Under the pieces are notes generated by a model. It was not told the DNA's origin, made no database searches, and saw only the letters and a list, made by a program, of their open reading frames with translations. This document shows positions 38,290 through 50,008 of a stretch of 64,000 nt of DNA, one piece after another. The stretch comes from Alloascoidea hylecoeti (lineage: Eukaryota). How positions within the stretch are numbered: the first letter of the stretch is position 1; every line of letters begins with the position of its first letter. Location: positions 186,001 to 250,000 of the forward strand of contig BCKZ01000013.1 of NCBI GenBank assembly GCA_001600815.1. The letters are read 5' to 3'. The position numbers and the translations under genes are program-made.

Positions 38290-38670
38290 TTACCCCAAGA
38301 TATACACTAAGAAAGTTATCCTGCTGGGCTTATCTTCATAAACTACGGATCCTTTAAAATCATTTTTATAGGAAACCGTTGAACCACAGTTTCAACACTT
38401 CAAACAAAAGCTGATCTTTCATGATGATGAAGAGACCACTTTTACATTTATCCATAATTAGTTTCAAAACTTCATACGAAGATTAACTTATTCAATAACA
38501 CAGCAAAGAGGATATTCTCCTAGAGATCTTCCACCAGTATTCGAAGAATATGAACTTTTGTTATGTTTAATTTTTGGAAAGAATTTCATTTAGTTCAAGA
38601 AGAGCAGTAAAATGGATCTGGGTCGGTTTGTGCCGAGGGATAAAAGAAGTTCTCTTGATTACATTTTTGG
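38290..38670 (+). pseudogene. Decayed relative of the 9251 pogo/Fot1 transposase
   Basis: KIYTKKVI ~ KKYTERDI; SPRDLPP ~ PARDLPP; FKKSSKMDLGRFVPRDKR ~ FKKGRKLNGRRFVAKDER; multiple stops and deletions. Confidence 0.65.
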
Positions 38671-39375
38671 ACCAGTAAAAACGTCGATGTCTGAGATAGA
38701 CCAAACACAAACTATATACACGGAGTAAACCTACAAGTATGGGCTATCAAGATTAGGAATAAAGAATACATAATTTTTTGCGAGTTGGCGTGTGATTCAC
38801 AAAATCATCATCGTAGGATAATATGAAGAAAAATGAGTGTGCAATTAATTATGCATCAAATGACCGAATATCTATTTTAAATTGTGGCCGGAATTAAGTT
38901 GAAACAGTTTTTACTTAAGTTCAGCCATTCTGGCTACAAAGGTATTGGTGTTAAGGTTAGCTTCTGCGATGGGTTGATCTCCTTGCTTGGAATTTCCCAT
39001 CAATTTATAGAGCAATACATGTATTTTCAAACTCCTATGATTTTATCGATGATACATATCAATATACAAACTCATAATGTAAAGAATACAGTTTTAAATA
39101 TTTTTTATTTCCATATCGGTAGCTATAACTAATTTTGTTCAAGCTAATTGGGTACGAAATTTAAACGTTTTGATGACAATATCGATATACTTATATGGTA
39201 TATCATTATATATTAATATAGAAAAATGCATAAATGTTATATAATAAATATCTAGAGAAACAAATGTGTACTCTAGTTGCAATTGAATATGATATATGAA
39301 TGGAAACATCAAGACACAACTTTTTTTTTATTGGTATGTTTATACTTACTGTTATTGGTATTGATCATAATATTA

Positions 39376-42041
39376 TCATGTCTTCATGCACGATAGAAAC
39401 TCATCCCATGAGGGAGCTATCGCTTCGCATGCTTCTGGTGTTGATGGAAAAGGATTATTCAAATGTTGATGATTATTATTGATAATTGACACACCATGCA
39501 AACTGGTCATACCCATATGAGTGTTAGTCAATGCATTAACAGGCAGCGTGAACTGTGCCATTGGGTCAACGATTGGGTTTGATGACGATGTTGAAGAAGA
39601 AGCTATTGGTCCCGTTGATACTAGAGGTTCTTGAAGTTGTAAGTGTGAAGTTGAATCAGGCATTCCTTGAGGCCAAAGAAACTTTAAAACATTGCTGAGA
39701 CTGATATCTGATTCATGATTCATTATATTATCATAACCAATTCCCGATCCATTATTTGATAAAGATAGGCCTAGATTGGCGCCAATTATATTTTCATCCA
39801 ACGATGATTTTCTTGATGGAGAATCGTTTGAATCATTATTGTTTAAGTTTAAACCTGCATTTGAATTTGATGTAGAAGATTCTTTCCAACGACCTAATTT
39901 TATACTCCTTTTATTTAATTTATCAAACATAACATTTAAAATATTATGAATTCTTTGAGCAGCACCACTTGAAGTTTTTAAAATAATTAATATTTTCCTA
40001 CCAATATCAGCTTCTCTTCTAACATCTTTTAACATTCTAATCATTTCATAATCTTTTCCATTATTATCTACAAGCCCTTGATTTTCATGTATAAAATAAA
40101 CTAAACTTGCAACAGCATAAAATAATGTATAAATTGAAAACCAATAATTACCATCTAATTTATTTTCTAAATGTAATTGTTGAGCTAATTCAACGGCATC
40201 TCTTGATGCTTTAAGACATGATTCACCATATCCTTTTGCTAAGAAATCATTTGTTGGATGTTTAAGACTTGTATATTGTAAAAAAGGTCGATATAATATG
40301 ATTCGAACATGACAATATGAAATATTTAATAATTTATTTGCTTTAAAATATTCAGGTGAAGTTATTGCACCAGGTTGTAAAGTAATTGGTAAATTTGTTG
40401 TCCAATTATGTAATTCAGCTTCTAATTTTGATACAGTTAAATGTGGAACTTGATAAAAAGAAGTTTTTATAGTACTTTGTGGATAAACTTGACTTATAGT
40501 ATGAGATAAAATTGTTATAATATCAGAATGTGCATTTGTTAAAGCAGCTTTTGATACAAAATTAGGATTTATTGTATTTTCATAAATATAACGAGTTGGA
40601 GTTATATCTTCATCTTCTAATTCAACAGGTAAAACTTGATCAAAATCACCTTCTCCTAATGCATTTGGTAGACCAAGTATTGAATTAACATATAAATCCA
40701 TTTTTCTTATTGTCCAAAATAATCTTTTCCTAACTTCAATATCAATTAATGATAAATTTGTATTTTTTTCATCAATTTTTTTATGAAGTCCTTCACGTAA
40801 AGCAATTCTTAATGCAATACCAATATAAGAATAACAAGTTGCTAATTGAGCAGAGCATTGTAAGAAAACAATCATCATTACAATTGTTTGTATACCATAA
40901 ATATCTCTTGCATCGGCTATATCAATAAGACTTTTTGCCGCAACAAAATATTTATAACCTTCTGTATTATCAACCATGTCTTTTTCATCATTATTTTTAC
41001 TGTAATTATACTTTCTTTTATTGGCAGACAGTAAAAATCCAACAGCCATTGTTGCATAAACCAATGGTAATATTTTATTTTGTTTATCATCATATTCTTC
41101 AGGATCGGTTGTATATAAAGATTCTAATTCGGACATAAATGTTGGGCGATGTGTAAATGAGAAAAAAGTAAGAGCTCCTGAATAGCCCCAGACAGATTGA
41201 ACTATATCTATAGCAATTTCTTTTGGTGGTAGGATTATTTTTATCTCTTTTGCATATTTTAAAGGGTTATGACTTCCAACTGACTATAGATTTAAATATT
41301 TGTTAGTTGTTGTTGTTATGACTAATTATAATGATAAGCCTTGGAGTATAAATTTCATCTCAAATATTGAAAATCTCAATATTGAAAAATACGCAAAACT
41401 TTACATCTTAATATCTCTAGCTTGAGCAGTAGAAAGAGACTTACCATATCAGCATCCGGACTCGAAAGACAGAAGGTCGAAGGAGTATCATCTGTAGCTA
41501 TAGATATTTCCTCTAGTCTTCGCTTCTTTTTAGGATTACCACGTGCGCCTTCTCCAACTTCTTCTCCTTCTTCTTCGTCATCGTCATTGTCATTGTCGTT
41601 GTCATCGTTGTCGTTGTCGTCGTCACCATTTCTCCTTTTATATTCAGTTTGTAATTTTTTTAAGAATTTGTTTTGGTCAGTTTTTAAATCTTTACAAACT
41701 TCTTGGAATTCTTCAAGGTTGAATTCTTCATCGAAGACATTAACCTTTGGCATTAGTAAGTTTAAAACAGCCCTGACATTATTCATTTGCATTTCAATAG
41801 TTGATTTAAATTGATTTAAAGCTGATATTTTACGCTTCGTTGGTTTATTATAAGTACAAGGGTAACTATAGACTGAACAATGCAAACATGGCTGCTTCCC
41901 ATCACATTTTACTTTTTTTTTATGACATTCATCACAGGCTCTTGTCACACGCTTCCGTTTTGAACCTTTAGGATCTTGGAAAAAAGAGTTAAATGAGAAT
42001 GGGGCATCATCAGGGGTGAAAGAATGCGTTCGTTTGGACAT
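39376..42041 (-). CDS. ASG1: Zn(II)2Cys6 transcription factor with Fungal_trans domain, Asg1-like, 2 exons
   Basis: Exon 1 (42041-41445) has KRKRVTRACDECHKKKVKCDGKQPCLHCSVYSYPCTY; intron 41444-41284 (GTAAGT..AACTAAC..TAG); exon 2 has IKIILPPKEIA, EGYKYFVAAK, IEVRKRLFWTIRKMD and YWFSIYTLF. Confidence 0.85.
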
Positions 42042-43599
42042 TAATGCTGTTTGTGTGGGTTGTAGTTCATAAATTATGTGTATTAAATGTAGATGCGAAG
42101 ATTTGTGGAAAATTAAAGGTTGGACATATGTAGTTATTATAATGCTGGATCCTTTGATCCGCAAAATGTGAAAATTCTGCATAAAATCGCCAAGTTGGGT
42201 TTGTATCTGCAGGTTTATATTCTTGGAACCTTATTTGTTAGCAATTGCACCCTCAATTATCGTAAATTTACCGAAAAGGGTTTGGACCCTTATATCAGCA
42301 CTACCCCACTAATTGTGGCCAGTTAAATTGTAGATCTCTAATCACCTATGCTGTTACACTAATTATGGACCACAATGGTACCTGTGGAATCGCTTGATTC
42401 ACAAACTAATTATCTGTTAAATAGATCGAGTAACGTGAGCGGTATACAAAATGCTCTGAGTGTGTAAACACCATACTACATCCTCTTAAATTGGAAGTCA
42501 ACGGTCCTTCACCTCAATTAACCATCTTGGTAGAAGTCCATTTCCGGTGATATAGGCATATAAAAACAGACCCATCTTTCCTTCCATCTTTATATTTAAT
42601 ATAGACATACATGTTTAAGCTTAGTCATAGCCAAGAAACATTTCTCTGTTAAATATTGTCACCAAGCGCTAACAACCTTATAAACCAGAATCTCAGGTTT
42701 AGTTTCAGAAGTATGTATTCATGATCAATTACAATTTGGTCACTAAGAAAGGAGCCCCGCTTTCAATGAGTGTGTAAAGTATCTAAGCACCTATAGGCCT
42801 ATCCGTATTAACATGTATGGAGATTAATATAAATAGTGGGTGGTGCTCTTAATTTTATATTCTAGTATTCCGATGTACCGTTAGGTAACCACGCATCATT
42901 TGCAATTGAGGCCCATCGATTGGGAAATTCTCAAGATGTAGGCATATATCTAAAGCTGATTGAGTGCGATTCAGAGGGTTGCAGCTTGTAATTATACATG
43001 TAGTACATACTGTACTCCAAAATTAATTTTTAATTTGAAATCCCAATATGATTGTCAACCATTCGTTCTGGAGATTGCACACTTTTAATACTAAGGGACT
43101 CTACGCCCAAATGTGACACTTGAGTGGTTAAAGCTGATTTCACATTGTGAATTGTAGTTCTAATTGTTTTACTCCGAGGAAAAAGCATTATCTCTAGAAG
43201 TGTAAGTCACATGCAAATTCAAGCTGAAAAAAAAGCGTTCCATAGTTTTTTGGCTATTGTCATCCAGGCTTTGTCAAGGGGAAAAGGAAAAAAAACTCTC
43301 TCTTAGATATTTTTGAACAAAATTTGTCTTGAAGAAAATGGTTAGTTCTGATGACTTACAAAGCGATTTACTATAAAGTTATAAACCGTTTACTTGGTTA
43401 TACCTATAGCTATATGTTTGGGGATCCCATATGCACAAGTCTTCTGTATACCTAAGTGGATCCTATTTTATGACCTCCACATATCATTGTAGATCAATAA
43501 TTATGCATATACTTATTATTCTGTTTTAAGTGTGGGTAATTTCACGTAATTGTAATTTTAAAAGGCGATAATAAGTTGTTTAACAACCAACTAAGCGGT

Positions 43600-43800
43600 T
43601 TGGAATTTGTAATCTGACTAAACATAGCTTCTTTGGGCTGAAATTAAGGCTTACTATTACTCCCTCAACTGTGTGGAATATTGTAAAGAATTACACCAGC
43701 AATCCGAGAGAGATGAGAACATATCCAACAATTATTATAGGACACATATGCATTGATGAGCTTGAATCAGCCATTTTGAGTGTAGTGTCTGAGTATTGAT
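43600..43800 (+). pseudogene. Possible CENP-B/pogo-type HTH remnant
   Basis: Frame piece LTITPSTVWNIVKNY..IDELESAILSVV resembles an HTH followed by a CENP-B helix; heavily degraded. Confidence 0.2.
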
Positions 43801-44058
43801 TTTAGGAGGGTTAACAGATCTGAAAGTTGGCATAGAGCTAAGTTGTGAAGATAAATAGATAATCTCATAAATTGTCTATGGTCTTTGGCACTTAGAAATT
43901 AATCACAGATAACCCGAATAACCTAATTGCAACTAAAATCTCATCTTGACCATCAAATGAATCGTGCTTTTCTACCAATTCTAACCACTCACATTTCAAG
44001 ATACCAAAGTATTCTGATAAGTTCAGTCTTCTTAATGTTGATTTTATCAGATATTCCC

Positions 44059-44100
44059 AAATTAACAATTGATTGGGGGGGAACAATCAATTGTTAATTT
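44059..44100. repeat. Perfect 17-bp inverted repeat with an 8-nt G-rich loop
   Basis: aaattaacaattgattg (44059-44075), loop ggggggaa, caatcaattgttaattt (44084-44100). Confidence 0.9.
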
Positions 44101-45594
44101 TGGTAGCATTGATAATTCTACCGAATTGATTGTTGTCTGTTTGTTTCCCGTGACAACGATCCTATTACCCTTACTTGTCTCTGGTACAGCGCCGCTACCA
44201 TGAGAGTTGATTCCTCATCGAACTATAGTGACATACTCACAAAACCTGTCACTGGTGCAATATTTAAAAGAAAAATCTTTTAAAAATTGAGAAGGAGTAT
44301 TGGATATATAGTTATATATTTAAATTAAAATAGTTTTTGTTATTGGGTGATATTTATGAAGATTCATTTCCCTTATATATTAGCGAGTTGCCACATTATT
44401 TAGTTTTAGAAAAAAACACACGTTCTTTATAATATAAATTTATTACCAACTATGCCTCCGAAACAATTCAAGAACATCGCCACTGATGAGCCCATAAGCC
44501 AACACAAAGCGTTTAAACCCACATTAATAATAATAATCCATTAGGTGAGATAAAAAAGACTTTACCAAATAACCAAATTTTGGTGTGTTATCAAATTTCA
44601 AACTTCTGGTTTTCACCAGAAGTTTTTGACTTTGATAACCTCAAGCAAATTCGAAACGAAGGGTCCAACATAACAAAAGGACAAATCCAATACCGAAAGC
44701 TATCACCATATGTGTTTGTTGCTATGAATTTAAAATCAAGTTTTAGTTTTGGTTTCACCATTTCCGATTTACTTTTAGACTACTTATAAGTCTTATATTT
44801 ACATTATTGAATTGTTGTGAAGTTTTAAATGATGATTTATTTATGGATGAGATACTACACCACGCGTTTTTCACTAACTCCATTCGATCACCAGAAGTTA
44901 AAGAGGTCCAAATGGGAAGATTTTACTTCAGATAACAATTCTGAAAATGTTGTTTTAGCACACCGTGAAGGTGATCCCGAGGCGACTGAGGATGTAAGAG
45001 CTTTAAGTATAGAGGATAAGGCTCTTTCCATTCAATCAAATATAGCCTAAATTGACAGAGGGACTTTCAGACAATGGTTAGACAGTATATTTAAAGGAAG
45101 CAAAGAAATCTTTAAATTTACAGATAAATAAGAATATGTATTTTATTCCTCTCACTATGAAAAGAATAAACTGGTGTATACTAATTGATTTTAAATTTGT
45201 AAAAAATGTATTTCGACGAACTACCACTTCAGGAGGTTCGCTACAAAAGGTAAGTTCAAAATGTCTTGAAATTAATGGATTGGGCCATGATAGTGTCTGA
45301 TAAACGTTTTAACCCTTAGATAGGTAGTTTGAAAATAGTTACCAATAAATGGTTGGAGGAAACGCGAGAGACTTGAAGAACAATTAATTAATATTGCAAT
45401 CAGTTTTTCAGTATTTCTTTAATTGGAAGAATTAATGAACGATAATCTTATATTACTCTTATAATTATGGACAATAGTGAACTTAAAACTAATGTCAATT
45501 ACAATTTATAAAAATTCCATAAGCGAATATTAACTTTTTATATTAGAAAACTATTATATACATGTATACATCATTAATTAAATTTAAACAATCA

Positions 45595-46884
45595 TTAACT
45601 CATCCAGATGTGTTCAGCAACATCATCAATGGTCATTCTGCTTTCGGGAGAAATATTTAGCATACCACATATGAGGTTCGCTATGCTGTTTGGTGGCTTA
45701 ATTGGAAATTCATCTTCGGGCAGACCAGCCAAAATCTCATCGTCTAGATCAAAAGGTTCAATACCTCTTAGAAGCATGTATAATATGATCCCCATGGACC
45801 AAATATCTTGAGGTTTTCCAGACAGTTTAATTTCATCATTTTCCTTCTTTGTCACTGCCCGTTCATATTTTATCATTTCTGGGGAAAAGAAATAAGAGGC
45901 TGTATAATTTTGACGGAATGGTCCATTCTCAATTAGTTTGGAGGCTCCAAAATCAATTATTTGAACTTGATTTTGAGAATTTAGCAAGATATTTGTATAT
46001 GATATGTCTCGGTGAACAATACCTGTTTTGTGTAGGTGTTGAATACCTTTGGTTATTTGTTTAAATATGGTTTTTATGGTATCCTCTTCTAATTCTAGTT
46101 CTTCACCAGAAAATATTGACTTGTATATTTCATTGTAACTGTAGGTGCCTGCATTGAGGGACCCATTAGTCCCGTATTCCATCTCTATATAGTAAAAATT
46201 TTTATCTTCAAAAAAGTCGACTATTCTAGAGATATTCGGATGAGAATTCTGGTGTAAGCGATTTAAAATTGATACCTCAGTGGGTACCTTCCCGAATTTC
46301 GGGTCCTTTGTTAAAAATCTACCAATTTTTCGTTTCTCAATTATTTTTAAAACCACAGTATAGTAAGGATCGTTTTTCTTAGAAACTAATTTAATGGTGC
46401 CTGTTGATCCCTTACCAATATCATCGTTCAACATCTTGAAGTCTTCTAAAGATTTTGAATATCTTTCGGCTCTTATTTCCAATACCGATCTGTAACGGTA
46501 TTCATATGAACATTTGTTCAGTTCAAATAGACGATTGATTAAAGGTGCAGGATATTTGATAAAATCTATTTTATATTTAAAATGTTTGAATGAATTTAAA
46601 TTTAAATTTAAATTTAATATATTTTTTGATTCCTCGTACCAAAAGAATTTCTGATTAATCTTCAGGAACTCACTGAATGAATGATTTCCATTAGAATTGC
46701 GACTGTTTCCATTATACTTAACACTTGAGTCTGAGCTTTTTGATTTTAACATAAAATCATTAAAAGCTGAAGATAAAAGCTTGTCAGAGTTGAAAGTGGT
46801 AACTGCATTAGTGGGAAGTGGGGAAGACATTTTTATATTATCCTCGTTAACGTTATAAGTTGTGAAGAGAGTTAAAAAGGACAT
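45595..46884 (-). CDS. Ser/Thr kinase-domain protein related to the PAS kinase (Psk1/2) catalytic domain, lacking PAS domains
   Basis: VVLKIIEK, DPKFGKVPTEVSIL, HPNISRIVDFFEDKNFYYIEM, IVHRDISYTN, IIDFG..NGPF and GKPQDIWSMG match Psk-type kinases. Confidence 0.8.
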   Translation of the reverse strand: MSFLTLFTTYNVNEDNIKMSSPLPTNAVTTFNSDKLLSSAFNDFMLKSKSSDSSVKYNGNSRNSNGNHSFSEFLKINQKFFWYEESKNILNLNLNLNSFKHFKYKIDFIKYPAPLINRLFELNKCSYEYRYRSVLEIRAERYSKSLEDFKMLNDDIGKGSTGTIKLVSKKNDPYYTVVLKIIEKRKIGRFLTKDPKFGKVPTEVSILNRLHQNSHPNISRIVDFFEDKNFYYIEMEYGTNGSLNAGTYSYNEIYKSIFSGEELELEEDTIKTIFKQITKGIQHLHKTGIVHRDISYTNILLNSQNQVQIIDFGASKLIENGPFRQNYTASYFFSPEMIKYERAVTKKENDEIKLSGKPQDIWSMGIILYMLLRGIEPFDLDDEILAGLPEDEFPIKPPNSIANLICGMLNISPESRMTIDDVAEHIWMS

Positions 46885-47496
46885 GGAGAAAGAATGATTT
46901 TTGGGGGAAATGAGTTTTTAAATATAAATGGTTCAGTGGAAATTCTGTTTATGGATATATTATATGTAAACACCCAAAAAGGAATAAACTTTCTACCTGT
47001 AGTAATGCAGACTGATATTTTTAGTTTAGCTGTAAGTCCATTTTGGTTATATAAACACTTTTCTTTCTTTCCTTTCTTTCTTTTGTTCTTCAAGTTTTGA
47101 GTTTATAATTAGCAGTTATCTTTGATATCACTTTAAAACCACCAATAGGTCCTTAATTGTTTAAATATAAGCTTACAATACTATTTTAACATTTACTTTT
47201 CATTTGCAATTAGACCAAATATAATACAATTCTCAGGATTAAACCATCAAGATGAAGTTTCTTGGGTACATGATACCATACTAAATATACCAGTATAGTA
47301 TAGTCTTTTAACTTAGCTTCACGTTTATTACCAATTATCGGCCATCCCCGTAACCCATTTTCGGGCCAATATTACAGTATGGCCAGTTAATATGTAGAAC
47401 CACTTAGGGTATCAAACTCGGCCAACTAAATATTATGAAGATGCTCGATAATTAGTAATAGAAATGATCGAAATCAAGTGAAATGGCTGTATAGTA

Positions 47497-48400
47497 TACA
47501 CCCAAGAAACTTCGTTTGCATTCTAAAGATATATTCCATTTTGAGTTTTTGCATATGAGCTGCTCCTTTTGTGCATTTAATAAATGGAAAGTTCTCACTT
47601 CACCCAGACCATCTTTTCTTCTTTCTTAGTCTCATTTATTTTTTATTATCATGTTCTGCCGATTAATATTTTTTTTTAAGAGCGAGCGAGAAACTATTTA
47701 AAGTATCTAAATTATGTAAGTTAAGCCACGGAATACCTGTGGCTGAGTGAGAAAGGTGGATAATGGATACCTATCTGATGATATCCCATTGGAAATCTAG
47801 AATCAATTTATTATGTGATGATTCCATAGCTCTTGAGGGATTAATTAGCTGTAGGTGGATATAAATCTGACAGATGGATTAGAGAGGAAGCCTATTCACT
47901 TTTGTGGGAATGGAGGATAGGGACACACCCATTTAAGCCTCTGCAGATTACCCTCACCAGAGCAAATCTCTATTAGAAGTTCTGATAAGAAGGATGGCTT
48001 ATATAATCATTTAAATGAATTATAATCTTATATATTCATCTAATCAAGAGTTTGTCGGTGGAGATAAATCTAATAACAATTTCAATCGTTAAATTAGGAC
48101 GATTATAATCATATTGTGATTGAATTTCCTGTCAGCCACAAGTCGGCAGCTACTCCGATTTAAGCGGTTGAAAAAAAGGACTGTGAAGTTGTGAAGTGAC
48201 TTATCTCGAATTATTATTCCAAAATGTGTCTCTTGGCAAGAAACATGATAATGAAGAAGTTACCAACGATCAATCAAAATCGAAGCCCGTTAATTCAAGA
48301 CCTTTTGAGAACTCTTCATTCCAAAAGAGTTCGATTAGTTTGATGATATATGTTTCATAGTCTTTATTTATCATTAATATATTTTTTCGTTATTCAAATC
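47497..48400 (+). repeat. Dispersed repeat / decayed ORF family, copy 2 (interrupted by an insertion)
   Basis: acccaagaaacttcgt.tgcattctaaaga.atattccattttg, tctcttggca.gaaacatgataat and ttccaaaagagtt are shared with copy 1. Confidence 0.8.
47666..47939 (-). mobile_element. ~274-bp insertion flanked by an imperfect 11-bp direct repeat, with a T9 tract at its left end (retroposition-like)
   Basis: tctgccgatta at 47655-47665 and tctgcagatta at 47940-47950; T-run at 47669-47677. The segment is absent from copies 1 and 3. Confidence 0.5.
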
Positions 48401-48630
48401 CAAGTAAATTAAATATTGATTAACCTTATAACTATATATCCTTTTTGGAAAGTGAAAGTATCAATAGCCATAATAATATAATACTTTACTATTTCTCAAA
48501 TTTTAAAAAGGAGTTTATAAATATTACAGTCTACGGCTAATTATTTAACCTCCAAAACAATATATTCATATATATACGTTAATATTATAAATAGTTATTA
48601 TACCCTATATAAAACAAATCTTAAACCTCA

Positions 48631-49491
48631 TTACAATTGACTACCTTTCCCTTTAATAATTTTAGGAACACTAATCTCCAAAGCACCTTCTTTGCACCAT
48701 GCTTTAATACCCTTGTGATTAATCTTAATATTCTTATCATCAATTGAGGGTAAGTTTATATTTCTTTGATACCCACTAGAACTATAACTTTGAAAATGAT
48801 ATCCTTGATTATCATTATGTTCTTCTTGTTTATTAATTGATTTACCTGAAACTAATAAAGAATTTGAAGATTTATCATATTTAATTTTTAAATCTTTAAA
48901 ATTATCACCATTTGGATTTGGATTTTCATTTGAATTTAAATGAATTGAAGGAATTGATAAAGTTATTCTAAATTCATTTTTTAAATCTTGTAAATTTATA
49001 TCATTTTGAAAATTTGATAAAGAATTGAAAAAAGGATCAGAAAATGGTGTTATTCCCCATGATGATAAATTCGGCTGTTGTATTTGATTTTGAAAATTAT
49101 TGTTATTATTATTGTTCAATGGAATTACATCCCTTGAAGATCCATGCTTTGATTCATTACTATGATGGTGATGATGATGAAGTCGATCACTAAGAGACAG
49201 ATTTACTTTATTCTTATTCGCCACTGAATTTTGTAAATTTCTTCCTTCAATTTCTTTAGCTTCCTCATCTGTAACTTCCGTTATTTCAGGTCCTCTTCTT
49301 GTATTGTTATAATCATTAGAACCATCATTAATAAAACCTCTTTGTTGCATATGTGAAGGACCAAATGGTTCATTAAAAGCTTGAAACATATCTTGTTGCA
49401 TTCGTTGATGGAAGTTTTCCATCTCATTTTGGATTGTGTTTACAGTATCAAAGATTGAATCATGATACTTTCTATTATTATTAAAACTCAT
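48631..49491 (-). CDS. Divergent small heat-shock protein (HSP20 family) with a long N/Q/H-rich N-terminal region
   Basis: INLQDLKNEFRITLSIP..LKIKYD..LLVSGK..SSGYQRNINLP..IKAWCKEGALEISVPK matches the alpha-crystallin pattern. Confidence 0.75.
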   Translation of the reverse strand: MSFNNNRKYHDSIFDTVNTIQNEMENFHQRMQQDMFQAFNEPFGPSHMQQRGFINDGSNDYNNTRRGPEITEVTDEEAKEIEGRNLQNSVANKNKVNLSLSDRLHHHHHHSNESKHGSSRDVIPLNNNNNNNFQNQIQQPNLSSWGITPFSDPFFNSLSNFQNDINLQDLKNEFRITLSIPSIHLNSNENPNPNGDNFKDLKIKYDKSSNSLLVSGKSINKQEEHNDNQGYHFQSYSSSGYQRNINLPSIDDKNIKINHKGIKAWCKEGALEISVPKIIKGKGSQL

Positions 49492-49638
49492 TTTTCGTTC
49501 TTAATATGTTTTGAAATCAGAGTAGTTGTAGTTGATAAAGTAAGTAAAGTTTGAGGATTAGAAGCACAATGAAGTCTTTTTATACTAGCTAGGTATAGTG
49601 GTCATCTGACATTCTAGATCGATTTAATGATCTGTCTG

Positions 49639-49660
49639 GAAAGATTAGAAAATGCTAGAA
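49639..49660. promoter_or_regulatory. Heat-shock-element-like site upstream of the 48631-49491 small HSP
   Basis: GAAaaTGCtaGAA at 49648-49660 (one mismatch to nGAAnnTTCnnGAAn), plus GAA at 49639. Confidence 0.45.
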
Positions 49661-50008
49661 CAACAGTCGTAATTATATAATATCAAGTCTATCTACAAGA
49701 TATTTTAAATACTGATTATTAGCATTGAGATACCAACCCCTTCCGACACATTATTAATTGCAACTCCTTCAAATTTCAACACGATCATGAAATGTCTCGA
49801 TGGTTTGACACAAAAACAGGGGTGTATGGTTGTTGTAGCATCTTGGGTATTGTAATTAAGCAAAATAATGTGTGACCATATATAAAGAAAAAAATAGTAG
49901 GAAATATTAAAGAAAGATAATTATAAACATAAAGACATTATACATTTGTTTCAATTTCAAATTAAAAAAGAGTTAAATTTAAAGATTATGGGGTTTGAAT
50001 GAATTTCA

